Shown piece after piece: positions 1 to 8,159 of a stretch of 39,104 nucleotides of DNA; the stretch's first letter is position 1, and each line of letters begins with the position of its first letter. Source of the DNA: Nanobdellati archaeon. Its GTDB lineage: Archaea > EX4484-52 > WAPT01. Where the stretch lies: assembly GCA_015520605.1 (NCBI GenBank), contig WAPT01000025.1, positions 1 through 39,104 on the forward strand. The letters run 5' to 3'. Under the pieces are notes generated by a model. The model did no database searches and was not told the origin of the DNA. It saw only the letters and a list, made by a program, of their open reading frames with translations. The translations under genes and the position numbers were made by a program.

Positions 1-170
1 AGGACACATGGCTGGAACTAAGGTATGTGGTAAGGAATGAGTTTTCTGGGAAATCAAAGCAGGGAGTGCTTTACTGCAGACCATCGGAAAGAGAAAAAGA
101 AGAGGCCTATACAGTTGTGCGCTCTGCGCTTTCTAACGGCGGTGTGGTGAGTTTGCAGGAGGTTATCTAG
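1..170 (+). CDS. 3' end of a hypothetical protein (truncated by window edge)
   Basis: Open frame from nt 3 reads DTWLELRYVVRNEFSGKSKQGVLYCRPSEREKEEAYTVVRSALSNGGVVSLQEVI* with TAG at 168-170. No family recognised. Confidence 0.5.
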   Translation, partial: DTWLELRYVVRNEFSGKSKQGVLYCRPSEREKEEAYTVVRSALSNGGVVSLQEVI

Positions 171-328
171 TATTTCATCGGTTTTACCAAGTTCCGGATG
201 GGGCGGAGTTCACGGAGTTTCTCTACCGGCATGGAAGAGAGAGAAATCAAGTTGAGAGTAAAGCACTGTCCTTCGAAACTGAAGTAACAAACAAGCCGGT
301 AGCTGCAGAATAAGGTAAATTTATCCAT

Positions 329-661
329 CTACTCCATCTCATCCTGCACGTATTTTCTACCAGTTTTGAGACATTCTTCTGCTCTGGCAAGTTCATAACC
401 GAGATAAGCGGCATGATCCAGCATTGTCACAAGATCGTATTTTAGTATGGTACGGAACAGATCTATACTGTTTTTTCCTCGGAAAACAAACTTGAGCCTC
501 CCACTTCCCGGCTTTTTATCATCTCCCACATATTCATAAGCTTCAACAACGATCTCCTTTGCCTCGTGATCCACATTTATGACGAAGAAATGTCTATCAA
601 GCTTTATCTCAGATTCATCATGCTTCTCGGCCCTTATCTCAAAAATCCTGTGGGGAAGCAT
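329..661 (-). CDS. Stand-alone DUF4346 domain protein
   Basis: C-terminal LDHAAYLGYELARAEECLKTGRKYVQD matches the DUF4346 signature HAxYLGxELxxAExxLxxGxxYxQD. Its start overlaps the glyA stop by 1 nt (TAATG). Confidence 0.85.
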   Translation of the reverse strand: MLPHRIFEIRAEKHDESEIKLDRHFFVINVDHEAKEIVVEAYEYVGDDKKPGSGRLKFVFRGKNSIDLFRTILKYDLVTMLDHAAYLGYELARAEECLKTGRKYVQDEME

Positions 662-1917
662 TAGCAGTAGTGCACCTCCCTAAAGCTTTTTCTGAACTCC
701 ACAACATCATCCCTAACATTTTCATCCTTAACGATTACACGATGTATGAATTCTGCTATCACTTCCATGTCACTTTCCTTACACCCCCATCTCGTCATTT
801 CCTGTGTGCCTATCCTTATGCCAGAGGGGTTCTTCATTGTCTCAGCGTTTGTTTCATCCCCAGGAATCATGTTCTTATTGGCTATTATGTTATTCTCTTC
901 CAGCTTTTCAGCGTTAATCTTACCCCCTCCATACTCCCTCACATCTATAACAACTTGATGGCTCTCGGTGTATCCGTATGGTTCTCCAAGAACCCTAAAA
1001 CCAAATTCTGCTAGCCTTTCTGCAAGCTTCTTAGCATTCTTTATGGTCTGCCTGGCGTAAGCCTCGCCATACTTCCACATTTCCCATGCTGTTTGCGCCA
1101 GAGCAGGAAGCCTGTGAATGTGATGGTTGCACACCAGCCTTGGAAATATGGCTTTTTGCACTCTTTCAAATTCGACATTTTCAGCAGCCATTACAACTCC
1201 TCCCTGGGGGCCGGGAAACGTTTTGTGAGTCGAGCTGGTGACTATGCTCGCGCCTTCCCTGAAAGGTTGCTGAAATTGCCCTCCTGCTATCAAACCAAGG
1301 ACGTGTGCGGCATCATAAACTACCAAACCTCCATAACTCTTTGCCGCATCGCTTATCTCCTTTATCGGGTGAGGGAAGAGGAAAAGCGAAGCTCCAAGTA
1401 TGACCATCTTTGGCTGCTCTTTCTCAATGATTTTCACCGCCTTATCCTCATCTATGTTCATCCTCTCCCTATCAAACGGAAGCTGCAGGACTTCCACACC
1501 CCTCAAACCAAGTGCGCCATGAATTGTGTGAGAGACGTGCGCTCCTGCAGGAACATCCAGAGCAGCAACTTTATCCCCATTTTCCAGAAAAGCAACGAAT
1601 ACGGCAAGGTTTGCTATTGTGCCGCTCAGGGGGCGGAGATCAACGTGATCAGCATCGAAAAGCACGGATATGATTTTTTGAGCCCTGACCTCCACCTCGT
1701 CCAAGTACTTGTGCCCTTGGTAGTATCTTTTGAAGGGTAAGCCTTCAGCATATCTGTGCATCATATCATTGAGATAAAGCCTCTCTGCCACTGGAGACAT
1801 GACGTTTTCGCTTGCTATGAGGTTTATACACTCGTATTTGCGCCAGAGATCATGGTGTTTGGTCAGATAAACAATCTCTCCTATCAGCTCCTCTGGACTT
1901 TTCTTCATCAGCACCAC
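661..1917 (-). CDS. glyA: Serine hydroxymethyltransferase, archaeal type
   Basis: LIASEN, YAEG, GAHVSH, DAAHVLGLIAG and the PLP-lysine motif SSTHKTFPGPQGG are present. Start is GTG 1917 or ATG 1908. Confidence 0.97.
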   Translation of the reverse strand: MVLMKKSPEELIGEIVYLTKHHDLWRKYECINLIASENVMSPVAERLYLNDMMHRYAEGLPFKRYYQGHKYLDEVEVRAQKIISVLFDADHVDLRPLSGTIANLAVFVAFLENGDKVAALDVPAGAHVSHTIHGALGLRGVEVLQLPFDRERMNIDEDKAVKIIEKEQPKMVILGASLFLFPHPIKEISDAAKSYGGLVVYDAAHVLGLIAGGQFQQPFREGASIVTSSTHKTFPGPQGGVVMAAENVEFERVQKAIFPRLVCNHHIHRLPALAQTAWEMWKYGEAYARQTIKNAKKLAERLAEFGFRVLGEPYGYTESHQVVIDVREYGGGKINAEKLEENNIIANKNMIPGDETNAETMKNPSGIRIGTQEMTRWGCKESDMEVIAEFIHRVIVKDENVRDDVVEFRKSFREVHYC

Positions 1918-2065
1918 AGGGATGGTTTAGGGGAGTAATAAATTTAAAATGGATGGAAAGTGCAGTTATACTCCGTTTTCACACAAACCGTCCACAGAGC
2001 CTCGGCTTTGAATGGAGAACTGGCAGAGGGACAAACATAAATTTTTTCCTGCGGGATAAGAACTT

Positions 2066-3361
2066 ATGAAAGCCGTGCGAGAGATTGTAAGAGCAGAACC
2101 CATTGACTATGCTCCGGTTTTTGAAGGTTTCGGGCCTGATGAAATAGTAACGGTATCGGGCATTCTCACGGCAAAGCGGGGCAGCTTCAAAGAGATGCTC
2201 AACACGCTTGATCCAGGTGTTGTAAAAAAGTTCCATCGGGAAGCGACAAGAAGGGGACATGCAAGTCTGCTAACAACACCCACATTCTATTTTTGGGTTG
2301 AGGGAAGCAGACTTATAGATCTCTTTTTCACAGCTTTTCCCTTTGGATCCTACCTGATGTTTAGTTCGCGCCGAATTGAGGTTACCAAGGAAAACATGAT
2401 CATCCCGGATGCTGTTGCAGGGACACCTTACGAAAAGGGTTATGTTCGGGTCTGCGAGAAGCTACTGAAAGTTTATAAGGAGCTTCTAAAGATTGGATAC
2501 GACCAAGCGAGGAACATACTCCCACTCGGATTCAGTTCTTATGGGTTATTTTCATTCCCAATGCAGACGATCCTCACGGCCATCAAAGAATGCGAACTAA
2601 ATCCTGAAATTCCTGAAGAAATACAGCTTATTTCCAACTTTTTCAAAGAGATTTTGAAGGAAAAAACACCATTCATCTTTGGCGCTTCCGAGAAAGCACA
2701 TTCCACGGGTTACCCGTTTCCCAACATATTTGGACGCCATGAAATAATGGAATCTCCTTCCATAGATGTTGTTCATGCAGGTGATATAAAAAGCGTCATT
2801 AAGCTGGTTTCTGAGAGGGGCTGGAAAGAAGCTGCAGAGCATGCGCAGACAGAGATTCTTGTCAAATGTGTGAGCACGCTATCCATAGCGGCGTGGAACG
2901 AGATAAAAAGGCACAGAACGGTCAGGCAATTCGTCGAGCCGATCTATGTTGCAGCGGAGCGATACCTCAGGGATCCGAAGGAAGAGTATTTTCACATCCC
3001 TCCGGATGCGGGTAAAAATTACATTGAGGCATTTCATGAAGCTATGGTGTTCTATGAGAGGCTTGTTGATGAGGGTGTGGATAGAAAACATGCGGTCTAC
3101 ATAGTGCCGCATGCTCTTAAAATAAAATTCAAGCTGCTCTTGGATGGGTATCATCTGCTGAACCCCTTCGGTTTTCTGGGTGTGAGGTGCTGCACCACGA
3201 CCCATTACGAGGTGAGGAACTTTGCCGGAGAAATAATACGTGCACTATCTGATTCTTTTCCGGAGCTGGAACCCTTGCTTGGACCCAAGTGCAAGACGGG
3301 TGTGTGTCCTGAGAGGAACCCATGCGGTAGGGTTAATCTTTACAGAAAAAACAAAAATTAA
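2066..3361 (+). CDS. thyX: FAD-dependent thymidylate synthase, tandem (double-domain) type
   Basis: RGHASLL and SSRR in the N-half. EIKRHRT, A-x-Y-I-V-P and terminal GPKCxxGxCPExxxCG in the C-half. 431 aa is about twice a single ThyX domain. Confidence 0.85.
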   Translation: MKAVREIVRAEPIDYAPVFEGFGPDEIVTVSGILTAKRGSFKEMLNTLDPGVVKKFHREATRRGHASLLTTPTFYFWVEGSRLIDLFFTAFPFGSYLMFSSRRIEVTKENMIIPDAVAGTPYEKGYVRVCEKLLKVYKELLKIGYDQARNILPLGFSSYGLFSFPMQTILTAIKECELNPEIPEEIQLISNFFKEILKEKTPFIFGASEKAHSTGYPFPNIFGRHEIMESPSIDVVHAGDIKSVIKLVSERGWKEAAEHAQTEILVKCVSTLSIAAWNEIKRHRTVRQFVEPIYVAAERYLRDPKEEYFHIPPDAGKNYIEAFHEAMVFYERLVDEGVDRKHAVYIVPHALKIKFKLLLDGYHLLNPFGFLGVRCCTTTHYEVRNFAGEIIRALSDSFPELEPLLGPKCKTGVCPERNPCGRVNLYRKNKN

Positions 3362-3394
3362 AAATAATTAAAATCAGTTTTAATGAGGAGTTTC

Positions 3395-3688
3395 TCATTT
3401 TTTCAGGTTTTCTTCTAAGAAATCTCCTATTACTGTCCCGACAACGAAGATCAGAGCATAGATTATGGCTATTATTGCGAGTCCTATGCCTGCCCCTACC
3501 GCCGAAGCTATCGCCAAGATCCCGGGCATCACCAACCCAAATACAAGTCCCAGCACGACTCCAACCGCAAGTCCCGCAATTCCTGCCTTCTTGAGTATTC
3601 CCATTCTGTCCTCCTTGCCGGCTCTACTGTACCCGTACAACACTCCTGTTATCAGGAGTACAAGTCCCGTTAAGCCACCCAACACCAT
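3395..3688 (-). CDS. Small Gly-rich membrane protein (about 3 TM helices)
   Basis: Three hydrophobic Gly/Ala-rich stretches. Probable start is ATG 3688 (MVLGGLTG); the ORF track extends to 3757. Confidence 0.7.
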   Translation of the reverse strand: MVLGGLTGLVLLITGVLYGYSRAGKEDRMGILKKAGIAGLAVGVVLGLVFGLVMPGILAIASAVGAGIGLAIIAIIYALIFVVGTVIGDFLEENLKK

Positions 3689-3850
3689 ATCTTTACCCTG
3701 CGGATACAAACCGTTAAATTTCTTTGCATTTCTTGCTTGAGACCGTATGGGTAACAAAATAAAGCTTCAACGCTTCGGGGATGAAACATCAAAACACAAT
3801 CCATGATTTTTGAATATTGATGGAAAAGGTAATCTTTTGAAAGAGTAAAA

Positions 3851-3860
3851 GGTTTAAAGC
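3851..3860 (+). promoter_or_regulatory. Putative archaeal TATA box with purine-rich BRE for the Lrp operon
   Basis: GTAAAAGG-TTTAAAGC lies about 20-28 nt upstream of ATG 3880, consistent with a leaderless transcript. Confidence 0.45.
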
Positions 3861-3879
3861 AAGTCGACCAACATATATC

Positions 3880-4299
3880 ATGGTTCTGATGGATGAAATT
3901 GATGAAAAAATTATCGAAATGCTCAAGGAAGATTCGCGTACACCTTTTTTGAAAATAGCTCAGACACTCGGAATAAGCGAGGGTGCTGTGAGAAGCAGGG
4001 TAAAGAAACTCGTAAAATCAGGGGTAATAAAAAAATTCACAATAGAAGTTTCGGAACCCGAAAATGTAAAGGCCATTGTGCTCGTTAAGACTTCTCCCGA
4101 AATGGACACCGCAGAGGTAAGAGAAAATATTTTACGAGTATGCAGGAACGTGACGTGGTGTTTTGAGATTTCCGGGAGTTATGACATAATTCTCCTTCTT
4201 TCCGCGAGAAACATTTCCGAGATGAATACCGAGGTGGAGAAGATAAGAAAAATTAAAGGTGTCTCCGAAACCCTTACGAATTTCGTAATGAATGAGTAA
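3880..4299 (+). CDS. Lrp/AsnC family transcriptional regulator
   Basis: HTH MDEIDEKIIEMLKEDSRTPFLKIAQTLGISEGAVRSRVKKL, then GVIKKFT and a RAM domain with SGSYDI. Confidence 0.95.
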   Translation: MVLMDEIDEKIIEMLKEDSRTPFLKIAQTLGISEGAVRSRVKKLVKSGVIKKFTIEVSEPENVKAIVLVKTSPEMDTAEVRENILRVCRNVTWCFEISGSYDIILLLSARNISEMNTEVEKIRKIKGVSETLTNFVMNE

Positions 4300-5254
4300 A
4301 CTATTTAAAGATATTCGTAAAATTTTCTGCATGCTTTCTCAGAAAATCGAAGAAATCGATAGGGAATGGAAAGAGTATTTAGGTATGGAGGATCTGGCTG
4401 GCGTCCCAATGTTGATAGATATGAGTAACAAGAGAGCTAAACCGCTGGGAATATACATTCTCAACTACGTGGAAGAGGACGAGATCGACCCATGGCTGGA
4501 AAAATGCGCATATGAATGCAGGGAGAGAGGCTTGAGCAGAGTTGGAGAGATTTACATACCTTCCAATATTGAGCTGAATCCCTCCCTGCCAAAAGGATGG
4601 CACCTCGTTAAAGAATGCAGTCTGGATGGCGTTTGCGAATACGCTCTTTTGAACGAGGAAAGAGAAAAGTACAGGGGCACTCCTGAATGCTGGAAAGAAG
4701 ATGCAAAAAGAGTCATTGAAAATGAGTTGAAAAAACTTGAGAACAGGAAATACAGAGAGATCTTAAGGGAAAATATCGAAGAACTTGCCGTCGAGCTTGT
4801 GGACTTCGAAAAGAAAAGGAAGGAAGGAAAAGAAGTTCTGAAGAGAATAAACACAGAGTGCTTTTACAACTATTCTCTCCATGAACCTTCAGAATTTACA
4901 GAAACTCTGCTGTGCTATAAAGATAACAAAGCAGTGGGAGTGATATCTCTGGAGTACATGCCGAACGGAATCGTCGAATATTCCATCAGTGTATTACCTT
5001 CAGAACAAAAGAAAAATACAGGAACTGCCATGCTTTCCGCGCTGCTGGAAGAAAAAGAGTTCAACATCCTTTACGGGGATATAACCAACACACCTTCGGC
5101 AAAAGCGCTGATAAGAGCGCGATATCTTTCCGGAAAAAATTATGCACTATCCTACGGGGTACACAATCTGCAGGCAGATATAAATTCCGTTACAATGGAC
5201 TACATGAAATATGGAAGATATATTGACACACTCCCAATCTATCTTCGGAGGTGA
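4292..5254 (+). CDS. Hypothetical protein with C-terminal GNAT-like acetyltransferase domain
   Basis: ISVLPSEQKKNTGTAML resembles the GNAT acetyl-CoA motif A (V.P..Q/R..G.G..L). NTPSAKAL resembles motif B. Overlaps both neighbours. Confidence 0.6.
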   Translation: MSKLFKDIRKIFCMLSQKIEEIDREWKEYLGMEDLAGVPMLIDMSNKRAKPLGIYILNYVEEDEIDPWLEKCAYECRERGLSRVGEIYIPSNIELNPSLPKGWHLVKECSLDGVCEYALLNEEREKYRGTPECWKEDAKRVIENELKKLENRKYREILRENIEELAVELVDFEKKRKEGKEVLKRINTECFYNYSLHEPSEFTETLLCYKDNKAVGVISLEYMPNGIVEYSISVLPSEQKKNTGTAMLSALLEEKEFNILYGDITNTPSAKALIRARYLSGKNYALSYGVHNLQADINSVTMDYMKYGRYIDTLPIYLRR

Positions 5255-6336
5255 ATGAAATGCCCGACGAACTTTTAAACCTGCTCTCCGAACTCGTTTC
5301 AATACCTTCCGTAACAGGAGAGGAGCTGGAAATAGCGAAGTTTGCCAGATCGTGGCTTGGAGAACACGGAATAGAGGCAAAACTCCAGAAAGTTGAAAAC
5401 AACAGGTTCAATGTGATCGCGCGAAGCGGAGATGCGGACAAAAAAATACTCATCTCTGGACATCTCGACACCGTTGCTCCTGTGCGTGGATGGAAAACAA
5501 ACCCATTCGAACTTGTTGTCAGAGGAGATAAGGGCTTTGGTTTAGGGGCACTCGACATGAAAAGCGGTGTTGTGATTCTGATGAACTTAATTTCTGAAGT
5601 AAAAAGAAAGGATATGGAAATAATTTGTGTCCTTACCATAGATGAGGAAATGCATTCTTGCGGAATGTACAGGTTCCTTGAAGAAAGTAGAGAAAAATTT
5701 TACGGTGCCATTTTTACGGAACCTCTACCCGGAAATAAAATCGCTCTTGTTACGCGCTGTTTTGGAAGGTATGCCGTTGATGTAAAAATACCTCTTAAAG
5801 GAGGACATGCTGCATTTCATGGAGCGGAAAATGTTTCGGAAGTGATAAGAAACTTGGCATCATGTATCTCGCGCTTAAAAAGCTACGAAAAAGAAGGAAA
5901 AATAGGAAAGTGCGAATATTCCGTTTCGATGGTTAAGATGGGAGACGAGTTTCTTTCCCTGCCGTCTGAAATTTTACTCAGAATTAACCACAGAGCCGTT
6001 GAGGGGGAGAGCCTTGAATCCACCGTAGAAGAAGTCAAGGAAGCGTTTTCTATCTTCAACGGAGTTGAAGTTCAGCCCATAGAAAGGCCCACACCTTTTT
6101 TAGAGCCGTTTTGCTTTGATGAGAGTGCGGAATTCGTAAGAAAATGCATGAGTATTATTGAGGAAGTTGCTGTTTCGCCCTCTGTTTTTGACGGAAACTT
6201 AACCGCAATGTACGGTATTCCTACGGTAAACGTGGGTCCCGTAGGCGAGAATCTCCACAGGGAAAATGAATATGTGGTTATTTCCAGCATGAAAAAAGTT
6301 TATAGGATTTTGAAGCATCTCCTCAATACGTTGTAG
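5251..6336 (+). CDS. M20 family metallo-amidohydrolase (ArgE/DapE-like deacylase)
   Basis: Metal ligands GHLDTV, GALDMKSG, DEE, FTEP and C-terminal LHRENE are all present. Confidence 0.92.
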   Translation: MNEMPDELLNLLSELVSIPSVTGEELEIAKFARSWLGEHGIEAKLQKVENNRFNVIARSGDADKKILISGHLDTVAPVRGWKTNPFELVVRGDKGFGLGALDMKSGVVILMNLISEVKRKDMEIICVLTIDEEMHSCGMYRFLEESREKFYGAIFTEPLPGNKIALVTRCFGRYAVDVKIPLKGGHAAFHGAENVSEVIRNLASCISRLKSYEKEGKIGKCEYSVSMVKMGDEFLSLPSEILLRINHRAVEGESLESTVEEVKEAFSIFNGVEVQPIERPTPFLEPFCFDESAEFVRKCMSIIEEVAVSPSVFDGNLTAMYGIPTVNVGPVGENLHRENEYVVISSMKKVYRILKHLLNTL

Positions 6337-6575
6337 CAATAGTTTTGAATTAAGTATCAACCATCTCTTCTTTTAAGAATCCTTCTCTACATCGTTTTCA
6401 TTTCCAAGGATAAAAACAAGCATTCTTCGTCAGGTTTTTTAAACTCTTTTCGATAGGTTCCAGTTACAACCATAAATATTTCCTACTGCTGGAGTAGGTC
6501 TAACAACAATTTCCAAAATGTTCGTATTTTAACTTAAAAATGAATGAATCGGAATCATTAAACTATTCTGCTCTA

Positions 6576-7061
6576 CTATAAATTCATTATGTATCTGTCT
6601 TCAGTAACATGCGAGAGTGGCACAAAGTCCTTCCTTCTAATATGTTCTTCCACAACCTCTCCTACAACTATGTAATGATCTCCGTGCCTGTACATCCCAT
6701 CAACAACACACTCGAAGCTTATCGGCGCTTCCCTTATACACGGTGCGCTGATTTTTCTTGACGGCTCTTTTGTCAGATTGGCAAGTTCAAACTTGTCAAC
6801 ATACCTGCCAGAATGAGTGCCGCAGATTTCTGCAGCTTTTTTCATGCTCACATCACACACATTAATGGTTAACTCCTTCGTTTCCTTCAGGTTCTCGAAG
6901 GTGTATCTCTGCGGAGCTATGGAAACCGCCAGATATTTCGGTTCAAAACTCACCGGCATAACGAAGCTTGCGGTCATGACGTTCGGCTTTCCTTCTCTAT
7001 TCACAGAGCATACAAGTACAACGGGCCTCGGCCATATCTGCTGGGAGATGCGCATCCGCAC
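6576..7061 (-). CDS. Flavin reductase family protein (DIM6/NTAB, split-barrel FMN-binding)
   Basis: PRPVVLV, NVMTAS, CGTHSGRYVDKF, FEC and GDHYIVVGEV. Starts 15 nt after the thyA stop. Confidence 0.9.
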   Translation of the reverse strand: MRMRISQQIWPRPVVLVCSVNREGKPNVMTASFVMPVSFEPKYLAVSIAPQRYTFENLKETKELTINVCDVSMKKAAEICGTHSGRYVDKFELANLTKEPSRKISAPCIREAPISFECVVDGMYRHGDHYIVVGEVVEEHIRRKDFVPLSHVTEDRYIMNL

Positions 7062-7076
7062 TACACCTTTCCAGAT

Positions 7077-7772
7077 TTACTCCCTTACAGATTCAGCAAC
7101 TCTCCTTGCGGTTTCAAAGTCCCTGCTATAAATATGAGCTGAAACAGAATAGCTATGTAGCTCTCCCATGAAAACTCTCTCACCAAGTCTCTTTCCAACT
7201 TCTTCCGCAACATACTTCTGGAGGTGTGTCAAAGCTACCCAGTTAGCGTAGCTCGCTCCAAAAATATCGTGGCTTCTGAAAAGCACGTCCATGTGTAGCT
7301 TTTTTACCGCGGGTAGCATTGGCGCTTCCTTCTCTTCCCTTATATTGAAGCAGATCACACGGAGGCAGGGGGGATCCCTTATCCTGTTAGGGAAGTGGTC
7401 TAAGGTCGGAATGGTGAGGTCGATAACTGCACGCCTGGTGAAAGGACTTTTGCTGAGTCTTTCTATGACGGCTTCCACTTGATTAACCTTTTCATCCCAT
7501 TTCCATATTCGTTCGCCGTATGTGTACTGAAAGCCCCACCTATTCTCCGGAGTCATAAGCTGATCGACATAGTCCTGCAAAGCTTTTCCGTGAAACGGAT
7601 ATTCCGCGGGAGCTTCATCTATACTTATGGTGGGCTTTTTTATCCTGACTGCAAGCCCTATAATCTCTTTCGTTTCGTCACCATCTTCTGTGACCATAAT
7701 TTTTCCGTGCTCCATAACCGCTTTGACGGCTTTCCTCCATGCATCCTCCGTAGTGTTTGCAACTATCAGCAT
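7077..7772 (-). CDS. thyA: Thymidylate synthase, short archaeal (methanogen-like) ThyA
   Basis: YTYGERI, TRRA phosphate-binding arginines, catalytic PPC, RSHDIFGASYAN with the dUMP-specifying Asn, and SAHIY. Probable start is ATG 7772 (231 aa); the ORF track extends to 7886. Confidence 0.88.
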   Translation of the reverse strand: MLIVANTTEDAWRKAVKAVMEHGKIMVTEDGDETKEIIGLAVRIKKPTISIDEAPAEYPFHGKALQDYVDQLMTPENRWGFQYTYGERIWKWDEKVNQVEAVIERLSKSPFTRRAVIDLTIPTLDHFPNRIRDPPCLRVICFNIREEKEAPMLPAVKKLHMDVLFRSHDIFGASYANWVALTHLQKYVAEEVGKRLGERVFMGELHSYSVSAHIYSRDFETARRVAESVRE

Positions 7773-7810
7773 AACATAATCAAAGCATGAAAAATTTTTT
7801 AGGGTTCGCG

Positions 7811-7849
7811 ACTTTGCCGGGAGAGTTGCGAGACATATTGCCGGCAATA
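7811..7849. promoter_or_regulatory. Pair of palindromic candidate operator sites between divergent thyA and wHTH genes
   Basis: Perfect 14-bp palindrome TATTGCCGGCAATA (7836-7849) and imperfect ACTTTGCCGGGAGAGT (7811-7826). Their CCGG centres are 24 bp apart. Confidence 0.55.
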
Positions 7850-7857
7850 CGGAAATC

Positions 7858-7865
7858 TTTATATA
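7858..7865 (+). promoter_or_regulatory. Putative TATA box for the wHTH / giant surface protein operon
   Basis: TTTATATA preceded by GGAAA (BRE-like). A Shine-Dalgarno-like GAGGTG lies at 7921-7926. Confidence 0.55.
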
Positions 7866-7937
7866 CAACTCATCATTCTTATTCACTCTATAGCTCGAGA
7901 TTTCGAAATGCGAGTATGGCGAGGTGCTTTGAAGATC

Positions 7938-8159
7938 ATGAATATCTGTGAAAGAATTGTTGAGGAGCTTTCAAGGAAGCCAATGTCTGTTTCTGAGTTA
8001 GCTAAACGTCTCAATCTGAGGAGGGAGTTCTTGACGGGATACCTTGAAGCGATGAGGCAACAGGGTCTGTTGGAAAGAGTGGTGGTGGGGAGAGCACACG
8101 TTTACATCCCAAAACAGACCGTTTCGCTTAGTGGTGTGAGTGATGGTGAAGAGGAATAA
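7938..8159 (+). CDS. Small winged helix-turn-helix regulator
   Basis: IVEELSRKPMSVSELAKRLNLRREFLTGYLEAMRQQGLLERVVVGRAHVY is a typical archaeal wHTH. Start is ATG 7938 (alternatives 7929, 7908). Overlaps the start of the giant gene. Confidence 0.8.
   Translation: MNICERIVEELSRKPMSVSELAKRLNLRREFLTGYLEAMRQQGLLERVVVGRAHVYIPKQTVSLSGVSDGEEE

Noticed and set aside
137-313. Open frame continuing after the first partial gene (possible frameshifted tail)
   Set aside because: No clear start, no recognisable motif, and it cannot be judged without upstream sequence.
6337-6575. Spacer with small hairpin CCTACT-GCTGG-AGTAGG and a short minus-strand ORF
   Set aside because: A 6-bp stem and a 28-codon ORF are expected by chance. 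At most a gene remnant.
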